DNA of 64,000 nt from Cetorhinus maximus (Eukaryota): assembly GCF_964194155.1 (NCBI RefSeq), contig NC_135899.1, forward strand, positions 66,340,001-66,404,000, read 5' to 3'. Made by a program: the position numbers and the translations under genes. This document shows positions 53,510-64,000 of the stretch, one piece after another (positions within the stretch are counted from its first letter, which is position 1; the number at the start of each line of letters is the position of its first letter). Under the pieces are notes generated by a model. That model was not told the DNA's origin. It made no database searches and worked only from the letters and a program-made list of their open reading frames with translations.

Positions 53510-54670
53510 ATTAAATTAGTGGGGCAGGGGGAGAACGGAGATGGTCAATACTGAGGAGGATCACAACAAATTACAGGAGGACGTTGTTAAACTTGAAGAA
53601 TGGACAAATACTTGGCAAATGAAGCTCAACACGGATAAATATGAGGTAGCACATTTTGGTAGGAAGAATAGGAAGATTACTTATTACTTGGAAAGTGCAA
53701 GTCTAGATGGTGTAGAGAAGCAAAGGAATTCCAGAGTACAAATACACCAAGCACTGCAGGAATTCACCAAGGGTCCTTAGACAGCACCTTCCAAACCTAC
53801 GACCACTACCACCTAGAAGGACAAGGGCAACAGATAGATGGGAACACCACCATCTGGAAGTTCCACTCCAAGTCACTCACCATCCTGACTTGGAAATATA
53901 TCGCCGTGCCTTCACTGTCACTGGGTCAAAATCCTGGAACTCCCTTCCTAACAACATTGTGGTTGTACCTACACCACATGGACTGCAGCAGTTCAATAAC
54001 TCAGCTCACCACACCTTCAAGGGCAACTAGGGATGAGCAAGTGAAGCCCACATCCCATGAATGAATAAAAAAAACACATCACTATAAGTTGCACCATAGA
54101 TTAGCAAAGTGATGGAAAAGCAAACCAAGTATTAGGCTTTATTTCTAGAAGGGTGGAATTGAAAAGTAGGGAAGATCTTCCAAACCTGTATCAAACCTTG
54201 GTTAGAACACACTGAAATACTGTGTACACTACAGTTCTGGTCACCATATTACAAAAAGGATGTAGAGGCACTGGAGAGGGTGCAGAGAAAATTTACAATA
54301 CCAGAAATACATAAATTATTAAAAAGCTTTTGATAGAGTGGGTGCAGAATGTTTCCTCTTGTGGGGAGGAGCGTAACTAGAGGTCATCAATATCAGATAG
54401 CCACCAATAAATCCAATAGGAACTCAAAAAAACTTCTTTACCCAAAGAATGGTGAGCATATGGAACTTGCTACCACAGGGAATGTTTGAAGCAAATGGTA
54501 TTGATGAATTTAAGGGGAATCTAGGCAAACATTTGAGGGAGAACGAATAGATGGTTACGATGGTCAATTTAGATGAGGAAATATGGGAGGAGGCTCGAGT
54601 GGTGCACAAGCACCAGCATAGGCTGACTGGATGGGCCAAATGGACTGTTTCTGTGCTATATAATCCTGTG
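53510..54670 (+). mobile_element. Degraded CR1 with a nested second-family LINE 3' end (about 53750-54075)
   Basis: LQEDVVKLEEW..HFGRKN is interrupted by gcactgcaggaattcaccaagg...atgaataaaaaaaa; CR1 resumes afterwards. Confidence 0.8.
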
Positions 54671-54829
54671 TAACGACTACTCTTGTTTTGGTGTCCTCTA
54701 TAATTATAGAACTGTTTCTAACACCCAAGTCATTTGCATGTAGATTATAAAGAGGTTCAAGCCTAAAACTCCATCCAACGCCTTGCATGGTCTGACACTA
54801 CACCAAAGAGGTGCTCCGCTTCCTACTTT

Positions 54830-55380
54830 TAAACCAGCTTTTATCTAGTCCGCAGCAACTTGCGTTTATGTAGCGCCTTTGGCGTGGTGAAGCATCACAC
54901 ACGCTAACCGCTGGATTTCCAAAAAGCAAAGGCGCACTTGGTAGACTTTCCATTAAAATAAACTGTCATTCCGAATTTAAAAAGCAGAGCGCTCGAGACT
55001 GACCAAGTTGAGGATACGACACAGACCAATGTCAGTAACTGGCGTCTCTGCACCAGAGCTAATGTGTGTTATCTGCAGCCTAACTTATCCTCCACAAGCT
55101 TCTGGCTGAGCGGCTTTCCTCCCCCTCCGTTCATCAATAAAACTCAACGTGAGCAATGTGTTTTTTTTGTGCCTCAAACCGGGAGGCTCGGTGGTTCATA
55201 AAAAGCTAATGGATTTCCTTTCAAGCTCTCCCCGTTCTGCTTACCGCCATGTTGGTGGAGGAGACAAGGCAACAATTCAGATCAGGACATACTCCAGGCC
55301 CGAAATCACCCTGGAGATAAAAAGCAAGAGGTTCCCGCTGCACAGTGTTACCGATTAGCGCCACCTATCCACTGCCAGGA
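54830..55380 (-). promoter_or_regulatory. RPL11 promoter, 5'TOP-like leader
   Basis: CpG enrichment. Minus-strand pyrimidine tracts CCTTGTCTCCTCC (about 55257-55269) and CCTCTTGCTTTTATCTCC (about 55314-55331). CTCF-like TAGGTGGCGCTA at about 55356-55367. Confidence 0.65.
55245..55250 (-). CDS. RPL11: 60S ribosomal protein L11, exon 1 (ATG GCG)
   Basis: ccaccaacATGGCG|gtaagc in a CpG-rich region with a pyrimidine-rich leader. A 6-nt coding exon 1 is typical of RPL11. Confidence 0.85.
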
Positions 55381-55596
55381 AAAATACACCCTCCTCAACA
55401 CACACATCATTCATTCCTTTTGTTATTGGGGGGGGGGTCCTTTTGTTATTGGGGGTGGGGGGGGGGGGTCCTTTTGTTATTTAGGAGGGTGGGGAAACTT
55501 AATTAGAGAATGCCAACCAACAATTTCCTCAAAAACTGATAACCCCAAAAAAAAAATGGGACTTGCATTGGAAGAAGAAAAGCAAAAGCCTGATAA

Positions 55597-55853
55597 GTGT
55601 AAAAGCAAAAAACTGCGGATGCTGGAAATCCAAAACAAAAACAAAAATACCTGGAACAAACTCAGCAGGTCTGGCAGCATCTGTGGAGAGGAACACAGTG
55701 AACGTTTCGAGTCCGCATGACTCTTCAACAGAACTCAGTTTTTGAGGAAATTGTTGGTTCTGTTGAAGAGTCATGCGGACTCGAAACGTTCACTGTGCTC
55801 CTCTCCACAGATGCTGCCAGGCCTGCTGAGTTTTTCCAGGTATTTTTGTTTTG
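55597..55853. mobile_element. Fold-back Penelope-terminus mini-insertion upstream of RPL11
   Basis: Near-perfect inverted arms; TSD agcctgataa at 55587-55596 and 55854-55863. Confidence 0.85.
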
Positions 55854-56024
55854 AGCCTGATAAACGTGGAAGGTACAAAATGTGTTTTTTTTCTTGAAGC
55901 TTGGCTGCCATGCCTCGCCCTCTGACATTTGATTTCTTGGTGTGCCATCGAACATCTAAAAATATAACTATCGCAATTTATTTTATTTCTTTGAATTTCT
56001 CCCAGCCAGTGTTGTTACATTGCT

Positions 56025-56233
56025 AAAAACAAAAAACTGCAGATGCTGGAAATCCAAAACAAAAACAGAACTACCTGGAAAAACTCAGCAGGTCTGGCAA
56101 CATCGGCGGAGAAGAAAAGAGTTGACGTTTCGAGTCCTCATGACCCTTCTGTTGAAACTCGAACTCGAAACGTCAACTCTTTTCTTCTCTCTGCCAGACC
56201 TGCTGAGTTTTTCCAGGTAATTCTGTTTTTGTT
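56025..56233. mobile_element. Fold-back Penelope-terminus mini-insertion
   Basis: Inverted arms; 13-bp TSD ttgttacattgct at 56012-56024 and 56234-56246. Confidence 0.85.
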
Positions 56234-56271
56234 TTGTTACATTGCTGCCTGTTTGGCTGATTAATAAAAAA

Positions 56272-56695
56272 GATAAAATACTTGCATTTATATAGCACCT
56301 TTCATGACCACAGGCCATCCCTAAGGCTTTACAGCCGATGAACCACAGTTGAAGTACAATCACTGTTGTCATGTGGGAAATGTGGCAGCCAATTTGCACA
56401 CAGCAAGCTCCCTCTTCAGCAATGTGATAACGACCATAAAATTTGTTTTTGTGATCTTGATTGAGGAATAAATATTAGCCAGGTCACCAGGCTCCCTTGC
56501 TCTTCTTTGAAATAGAGCTACAGAATCTTTTATGTCCATCTGAGAGGGCAGACAGGGCCACAGTGCAACACTCCTTCAGGACTGTATTGAGGTGTCAGCC
56601 TAGATTTCTGTGCTGGTCCTAGCTAGAGTGGGACTTGAACCCAAAATCTTCTGACTTAGAGGCAAGCGTGCTACCAACTAGGCTACCGCTGTCAC
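56272..56695 (-). mobile_element. tRNA-derived SINE, same family
   Basis: Minus strand tagcctagttggtagca...gggttcaagtccc (A and B boxes); tail tgctatataaatgcaagt. Confidence 0.7.
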
Positions 56696-57368
56696 CATGA
56701 AAAAAGTGGTGAAGCCTTCAAAGATAAAAGGTTATCATATATTACTGTACTCCAGTTTCATTGCCTTCTTTCATTAAGAAAGTTGTACTTGTAGCTCCTT
56801 TGATGGCTCAGTTAGTAAGGAGCATTGTGAAGTTGAGTCAAAAAGATTCTTTTTCAGACTTACCCATGAAAAATGGCCACGTGATTGTAGGGTCAGAAAG
56901 TCAGTGGTGCTAATGGAGCCATTTCCCAGTAGGAACCAACGCATTTAGAGGAGGGGGGGGGGAAAGTGTAAATGAGAAGATACAAATCATATTCCAAGGG
57001 TAAGTTAGGCAAATCAGCAGAATATTTTTCTCTACAAAAGGTGTCTTTGTTTCTTCACCTTGGGCTGTATTTTCATCCATGAATTGGGTAGTGGGAGTGA
57101 GGAAGATTCCCGGCTCGGCTATCACGCCTCGGGGAAAAAGTGCCCGCAAGGTAGGTGATTTTAATTCCATGGGGGGTTGGGGGGGAAGAGGGATGGTGGG
57201 TGCAGGTTGAGGTCAGGCCAGCCTATCCCCAGAAAAAGGTCAGAAGCAGCCACAGGCATTTCTGGGTTGTTTAAGAGGCCTTGTCCCAGTTAAAATAAAA
57301 GTAGAAAGGCCCTTCAGGCCCCATGCCTCCCATCCACTCACCCCCCACATACCACCTCATGCCCCTGC

Positions 57369-57440
57369 CCACCCCACCCCACCCCACCCCACCCCACCCC
57401 ACCCCACCCCACCCCACCCCACCCCACCCCACCCCACCCA
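57369..57440. repeat. (CCACC)n microsatellite
   Basis: About 14 tandem pentamers. Confidence 0.95.
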
Positions 57441-57596
57441 TTCCCCCATACAAGGATATGTCCCCAAACCAATCCTTATGGCCCCTCATGCCAAACTATG
57501 CCACTTTCATGCCCATTCACCCACTATACACTGTATAGAGCCAATGAACCATATAGTGATAATTGATTATCAAGATAATAAATTAGTTTAAAATAG

Positions 57597-58378
57597 TGTA
57601 ATAGTGTGTGTGAGAGAGAGAGAGAAAGAGAATTGGATTAAAGCCAGCTGCTCTACAGGCTTTGATGTATAGAAGAGAAGTAGGTTTGAAATGTTAATTA
57701 GGTAAACATGGGGGCAATTTGCATTTTATCTTTAAACAAACTCAGGTTTGTAGCTCAGGTTCAAAGAGGGTCAAAGAGGGGGAGTGAAATATTACACCTA
57801 ACCAGGTGAAGCTCAGAAACTGGTTGTTTATTTTTCCCAAGGATTGCTAATAAAGTGGGTATTATGAAAGGGTCTTATTATTAGAAGAAGTAAAGTTCAA
57901 AAGACAGTGATACAATGAGAATTTGCATTCAAAGAGGAAAATATGTATAAAAGGAAGAGAAGGCTGTTGGTAAAAAGGAGAGGGATTCTAAGATCTAAAG
58001 CCTCCAGCCTGTAAGCCCCAAACTGCTGTCTGCAAGGACCCAGAGGTGAAAGAAACTCATTTTGAATGTGACTGTCCAGAGTGTGCTTTGCCAGGGGTCT
58101 GTTTAAATCTGATTTTACTGTTGCCTTAATGGAGATGTAACTAGGCATCAGATTAATTAGGGGATTTTTGTAGTTTTATTGTAGTACTGTTGTAGACATA
58201 TGTGCTTATAGTCCTTGTATTAATAAATGTTTAATTTCGTTTTATTAAAACCTCGAGACTCAGTGGCCTTTTTACTACTGAATTCAAAGCCAGTATCTCA
58301 AAATATAATTGACAGTTATTTCAAGTTTCCCTCTAGGATTTGACCAGCTCAGCATTTACCATAGGTGGTGTCATAATA
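57597..58378 (+). mobile_element. Probable solo LTR
   Basis: tgtaat...tcataata termini, TATA-like gtataaaa at about 57946, AATAAA at 58222; interrupts the host element. TSD ambiguous. Confidence 0.4.
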
Positions 58379-59111
58379 TGTAAAAAAAACGCTTTAAGAA
58401 ATTTCATTGATAACTTTCCACTTTCTTAAAATAGATGCCTTGTTACTAAAGCCCAATAGAAGTGATAATTATCCAAACCATTTAAACTGTCAATAGCTGA
58501 AACAGCAAGCATTAGAATCCTCTTTATCTTGTGTAAATGAATATTGTGCAATTGACAGCAGAGATCAGAAAGCCAGAGCTGTCAATCAAGCAATGTTTTT
58601 CCTGGGGCCCGGGTGTTTTAGTACTCTGATTGTCTGAGCTTCCAGCCAAGAATGCAAAATGAGGCTTGGCTGAGAGCCCAGAAATCCATTGGCCTGTTGA
58701 AAATCTGCTTGCAGTTTGAGCTATTGATGCTTTAAATGGTCCAGATGATTGATGCTTTTATTGGCCTGTAGTAAGAAGGGGATTTTAAGAAAGTGGAAAA
58801 GTTATCAATTAATTTCTTTTAAAAAAAACAGCCTATTGTCATTGTAGGTTCATTGGTTCTAAACAGTGTAGTGGGTGAATAGGCATGGAAGTGCCATAGC
58901 TTGGTATGGGGGCCATGAAGAGCCACAGGGGTTGATTGGGGGGCATGGAGGTGTGGAGACATACCTCAGCATGGAGTGCATGAGGGGCCTTAGGAAGTGG
59001 GTGGGGGCATGAGGAGGACGACCTTTCAAAAAGGTTCTTTAATGCAGACTATAGTTCACAACACTTGAGGTGCTGTGAACCATGACTCTTTGAAAAGCTA
59101 ACCCAATCCAT

Positions 59112-59229
59112 GGGCAGAATTTTATGCCTAGTGGGGTGTTACAGTCCTGCCAAAGTCAATGGACTTTTGAACAGCTTGCTGCATTTTATAGTCCCACTCC
59201 CACTGTGATGGGGCCGTAAAATTCTGCCC
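59112..59229. mobile_element. 118-bp Harbinger/Tourist-like MITE
   Basis: Perfect 13-bp TIR gggcagaatttta / taaaattctgccc; TSD cat on both sides. Confidence 0.8.
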
Positions 59230-60395
59230 CATGAAAATTGAGGACTAGGACATGCCTATTCCCACAAAGGAGTCGGCCAGGTCCGGAGTGCAGGGTGTGG
59301 GTTTGCGACCCAAATCAACATGCGCCCTTAAAAGACACTCCCAAAAATCAGAAACCCCAGGAATGGGATTGTGAATCCCAGAATCAGGACCTGCCCACCA
59401 TTTTTTTCTTTGTATAAAAAGGGCTCCGAAGTCATCCCAACTGGGCAAAAACTCAGCCCCTTGACTCCTTGCTGAGGTGTCCTTCCAAAAGGCACTAACT
59501 GACCCCTGTTAGCTTACCCAAATGACTACTATTGATATTTGAGGATTGACAATAAAGCGATCAACACCTTCAGGTGGAGAGAAAAGGAAGAATATTGGAA
59601 GTAAAGAATGCTTTAGGCTATAAGCTATTTCCCCCTCCTCCCCCTAACCCACCCTGGTTAAATAATCTGCTGGAACTCACTGTTTGTTCACATATGAAGA
59701 ATTGTCACTTACACTAAACTGAAGATCTGATGGTATGTGTGGAATTGTTGATTCCTTTTAGATGAGAGGGGAGAAAAATGAAGGGATGTGAAGAATATTT
59801 GCAGTCCAACTGCTGTTGCCTAAAGTAGAGCAACATTGATGTAGGAACTTGTGTCTATAGGCAAGAAAATTATGGACATTGAATTTTGATAAGTGAGAAA
59901 ATTGGAAAGCTTAATACTCAATGTATAATTGTATCCTCTCCTCAAGTATCACTTGCTGTATCGTGGCCATTTACTGATTTCCAGTCTGAGTTTATAAAAC
60001 AAAAGTTTAATATATCTATAGCTTTATTGGTAATAAGTAGAAAGCCACAAAAACAAAGAAACTGAAGATACGCATAATGAGGTTCACATGGCATTACTCA
60101 AGACCAACATGGTACCTGTGACAGTGCTGATAAAACAATTATTTCAGGAATCTTCTGCCTAGCAACATTTAACATCTTTCAAGCTTAAGAAATTTTTAAA
60201 CACGGTTGGCAAGATTATATTCCCCTTTTCTGTGTTTTATGATTTTTATTGCCAATTTTAAATGTATAAAAACGATATTATTAATTTAATTATAAACTCA
60301 GGAAGAACAGGAATTTATATTTTTAATGTAAGATATCAGGAATACAGAAATAAGTCCAATTTCCTGATACTGAAGTTATATGTTTATGCTAATGG

Positions 60396-60396
<1 letters not shown>

Positions 60397-60430
<34 letters not shown>
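60397..60430. repeat. Poly-G homopolymer (about 34 nt)
   Basis: Seen directly; length may be sensitive to assembly error. Confidence 0.9.
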
Positions 60431-60671
60431 CGGTGGTCTATCCTAAATAAACCCCATCCCTTGAGTTGATTGAGCTTCCTGAGTATAGAAAATGTAGAGT
60501 GTCAACCTAGAGGCTGGTAGCTTCAAGATTATATCAAACAGTTGCTCTTCACCCTTAAATAGGACCTTAAAATGCTACAATTAAGAGAAGAAGGTGGAGA
60601 TGCAGCAGACATTTTACCTGTTCTTATACTGGATCCTATCTGCAAGCTCCAGTGGACAGACGGATGCACAC

Positions 60672-63600
60672 CCTAGTCTGAGTGCACAACCAGTTCAACT
60701 GCCCAATCAAACTTCCCAACTGTTTCATTCCTTGGTAGCAGGATCCTTTGAGAATCTACCACTAGTTATTGGGATATAATTAACATTTTCTATACAAGAT
60801 TGTTGATTCAATGTCACTCCTAACTTGCTCTGCTTAATGTCTACATCTATGTATTTAAAGGCCCCAGAAGCCAGACTACCAACCTGGAATTCCTTCATCT
60901 TCTCGATTACCCATTGTTCAAACTCTACAGATCATCCCCACAGGAAATCAACAACATGCATGATAAAGATTCCAGCTAGTTTCTCCTTATGGTACCAGTA
61001 GAACATCACAGGGTCTGCCTTTAACTGAATGCAACCTATTTTCAACAAGCCAGACCTCACAGAAAAATACCATAATCTTGATGCATCATTCAATCCATAA
61101 ATACTTATTCAATTTCCATAGCTTTCCTTCTACATCCCCGGCTTCTTTGGGCAGTTTAAAAAAACTTCTGAAACTTCTCCCCCCTGTAAAAACACAGCCT
61201 TTATATCAATCAATTTGCACTCCCAGGAATAGTATGCCAAATTAACTAAAAAATTCTTCAAACTCAATTTCCCCACAGTAGGCGTGTCCACTTTGACATC
61301 CTGATCTCCTAGTCTCTCTTCGAAGTCTCAGGCTATTAATCTCACTTTGGCTTTGTGCTGTCTGGGAGTACCTTTCTGTACAGATCCATCTGCGAGATAA
61401 AGCTGCCTGTCCTCTGTCAGGTATTTCAGAACATACCCCAAATTCCTTCCAACTTTCTAACTCTTTCCGTTTGGCTTCCTTTCCAATTTATTAGCAGCTA
61501 CTAGAATCTGTCATAAGGACTTCTACTGAGATTGCTAGCTTGCTCTCTAGTCCTCATTGTTAAGCTACAGCCTCTACTCACATTCCTCTCCCTTCCTAGA
61601 CCGCTACTACATGATCGTCCTACCATGCAGACAAAACTGTGTGCAAGTCAGTGATTTTTTTTCTAGGGTCACAACCAATTTCTGGTCCACTGTCAGAACT
61701 CACTGCACTTTCTGGGTTTCCACATCTTTACCTCGGTTTGCCAATCGATAGGTCTTGTCTCCTGTCCTTCATCTTGCACATTTAGCCAATGTTTGTATTT
61801 ACCAGTGGCCTTTCCTGCTCTCCCTATGATAACAGAATCCCTCCACACACTGGCATGTATGTTACCTTTGTTCCTACTTTGGGTAGATGCCCTTTTGGAC
61901 AAATAGCATTGCCCTGTACCTCAGTATTACTTTGTTCATAGTCAGTCAACCCTGTATCTGCTGTCATCTGCTCCTTACAACTACCCAGTGTATGTTTAAG
62001 TGAAGTGCATGGTGCTTCCTCACATTCTGTGTCCTGTTCAGGAAATTCAGAAACATATAGTCAGTAGCAATTAACCAAGAAGAATGTACCCTAACAGTTT
62101 GATTGCCATGTTACACAATTACTACTTTCCCATCACTCCCTATTACCTTGCCAGGTCCTCTCCACTTTCTGGCCTTCCCTTTTATAATATACCATGTCTC
62201 TTTGTCTAAACTGTATTCCAGGTGGTCTTATGATGTAGTACAGTCCACCAAATTTTCTCCAAAACCTCAGGTTTAATGAACACTTTGCATGCAGGCTGAA
62301 AAGCTTTCAGATGAGCAGAAAAAGTGGAGCTAATGTTAGCCTCTTCTAGAGCAGGGGGAGCACCTGACAACACAGAAGATAACTTTGGATTTCTTCCATA
62401 CACCAACAGATACAGACTGTATCCCCCAACCATTTGCAGAGTTCTTTGCATGCACTGCCTATGCTAGTGCCGTTTGCAATTTACAATTTGGTTGATCAGC
62501 TAATATTTTATGTAACATATCAATTACCACATGGTTTCTTTCACAAAGACCATTACTAAACTGGCTCTCAGCTGCAGTGTGCTTAACAATGATGTTTAAA
62601 TTTTCACACATCTCAAAATTCCTCATTGGCAAATTCCCCACCATTATCTGTGAGGAACTTCATTGGTGTTCCTAATCCTGTTCCTACCCATTTCTCCATG
62701 ACCTTATCGACAATGGTCCTTTTGTCTTTACTATGTATCACAGTGGATAGACTAAATCTGCTTGCCATATCTATGAAGTGTACTAAAAAATACCCCTATC
62801 CTTGTCCCAAACTTTCAAGTCCATTGCCATTGCATTGTTAAACTCCCTGGCTAGTGGCAAGCTCACAACAGGTCGCAGTGGTGTCTTGCGATATTGAAGA
62901 AAAAATTCTCACCGAGTAGTGATTTATTCATTATCGTTTCTTTTATTGACCACTCCCGCATCTCAAAGTAGAGTCTTCAGTTTCTGTGATGCCGGATGTG
63001 CAAACTGTACGTAATTTCCAAATGATTTTTGTCCACCAAATTCTCATTCTCAGCAGTTAACAAAACTTTGAACTTTTTGATGAGAAATCTCTGGATTCCT
63101 TAGTGGCAAGCAGTAATGACCTGACAGAGTAAAATGTAGATCCACCCACATTTTTTTCCCCCAAATAAGACTGCTCTATCATTCTTCATATCTAGCTTCA
63201 TCTGAGCCTTCTTCATCGCAGATCGACTCAATAGCAGTATCTCACTAGAAACCACATCAGTACTGATAAACAGGTTGATCCCTACTATCTTAGAAGGGAG
63301 GACCACCTGTTTGGAGGATGTTAATATATTGTCATCTCCAAACCTGAAGCAGGTAGAGCTTTCACACACGTTGACCTTCCGCCAGTCTGCCTCATCGAGA
63401 GACTCCAGATAGCAGTCAAGCCAGTCCATGCCACACACTCGGTAGAAGTGCAACCACTGTCCAGAACTGCACAGTTGAAGGAATCTACTATCAAGATACT
63501 CATCACCAGATTCAAACTCTCAGTGATCAATACAATTCCATCATGGCAGCCACCATCATCATTTTCAGTTTCAGATGAATCAGTCTTGTGGCTCACTTCA

Positions 63601-64000
63601 AAAACATGAATCCTTTGTTGTGGGCAGTTCATTGCATAGTGATACTGGGAATCACACCAAAAACACAGATTAACCATTCCCCATGCATCTTTTGTATTTA
63701 AATGTCTACAGTCACCATCCCAGGCACACTTTGTCCCGATTCAAATTGGCTAGGGTTATGACTATTTTCAGACCTCTTGTCATTAACCCCATCTTTGTAT
63801 TGGAATCTTCATCTAATATTTGGTTGACCGCAAAATTCAGTCACCATTGAATCCTCTATCCTTTGCTTTACAGCATAGTTGTTCACATTTGCTGCAAAAG
63901 TGGCACTGAACGACTGTTTCCCCAGAATTATTTTTGTTTTGTTCTTTTTTTAAGGGCAGCAGCCATTTGATCGAAGAGAGATTCTTTCCCCCAGAACTGA
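60672..64000 (-). mobile_element. Decayed Ty1/Copia LTR retrotransposon internal region (gag-PR-IN-RT), GalEa-like
   Basis: Minus strand, in order: CFWCDSQYHYAMNC zinc knuckle, AVLDSGCT protease, FLTDNGGEF and SNGLCERNH integrase, then RT motifs KVRLIA*DFEE, DTPT, DIKAVFLQG, YGLNDASRLWY, HVVDFLWG, SLIGQLNW. Many stops and frameshifts. Confidence 0.85.

Larger units (their letters stand above)
57062..59459. mobile_element. Non-autonomous Harbinger-like fold-back DNA element with nested insertions
   Basis: Imperfect TIRs gggctgtatttt / aaaactcagccc; 3-bp TSD ctt at 57059-57061 and 59460-59462; internal inverted homology about 57490-57565 versus 58835-58907. Confidence 0.6.

Noticed and set aside
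57271-57538. GVGWG and PTPPH repeat ORFs
   Set aside because: Translations of the (CCACC)n microsatellite.

Overview
Vertebrate genomic DNA, AT-rich and dense in repeats. The CR1, L2, Penelope and tRNA-SINE content suggests a cartilaginous fish (shark-like; inference). Three genes are supported. (1) The first coding exon and promoter of Elongin A (ELOA, minus strand, about 13.3 kb; later exons not found in the window). (2) A complete KLHL31-like BTB-BACK-Kelch gene (plus strand, two main coding exons plus a probable upstream exon), whose position between ELOA and RPL11 suggests the paralogue klhl43. (3) A complete six-exon RPL11 (minus strand, 178 aa). Most tracked ORFs are LINE remnants or spurious. 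The most interesting structure is a family of Penelope (GIY-YIG) elements whose 3' ends carry minimal hammerhead ribozyme motifs with covarying stem II. Several form TSD-flanked fold-back mini-insertions, and one captured an inverted copy of nearby flanking DNA. Also present: a decayed Ty1/Copia (GalEa-like) element, a nested Harbinger-like fold-back element, and a perfect 5 x 30-bp intronic VNTR. All calls are by eye; no searches were run.
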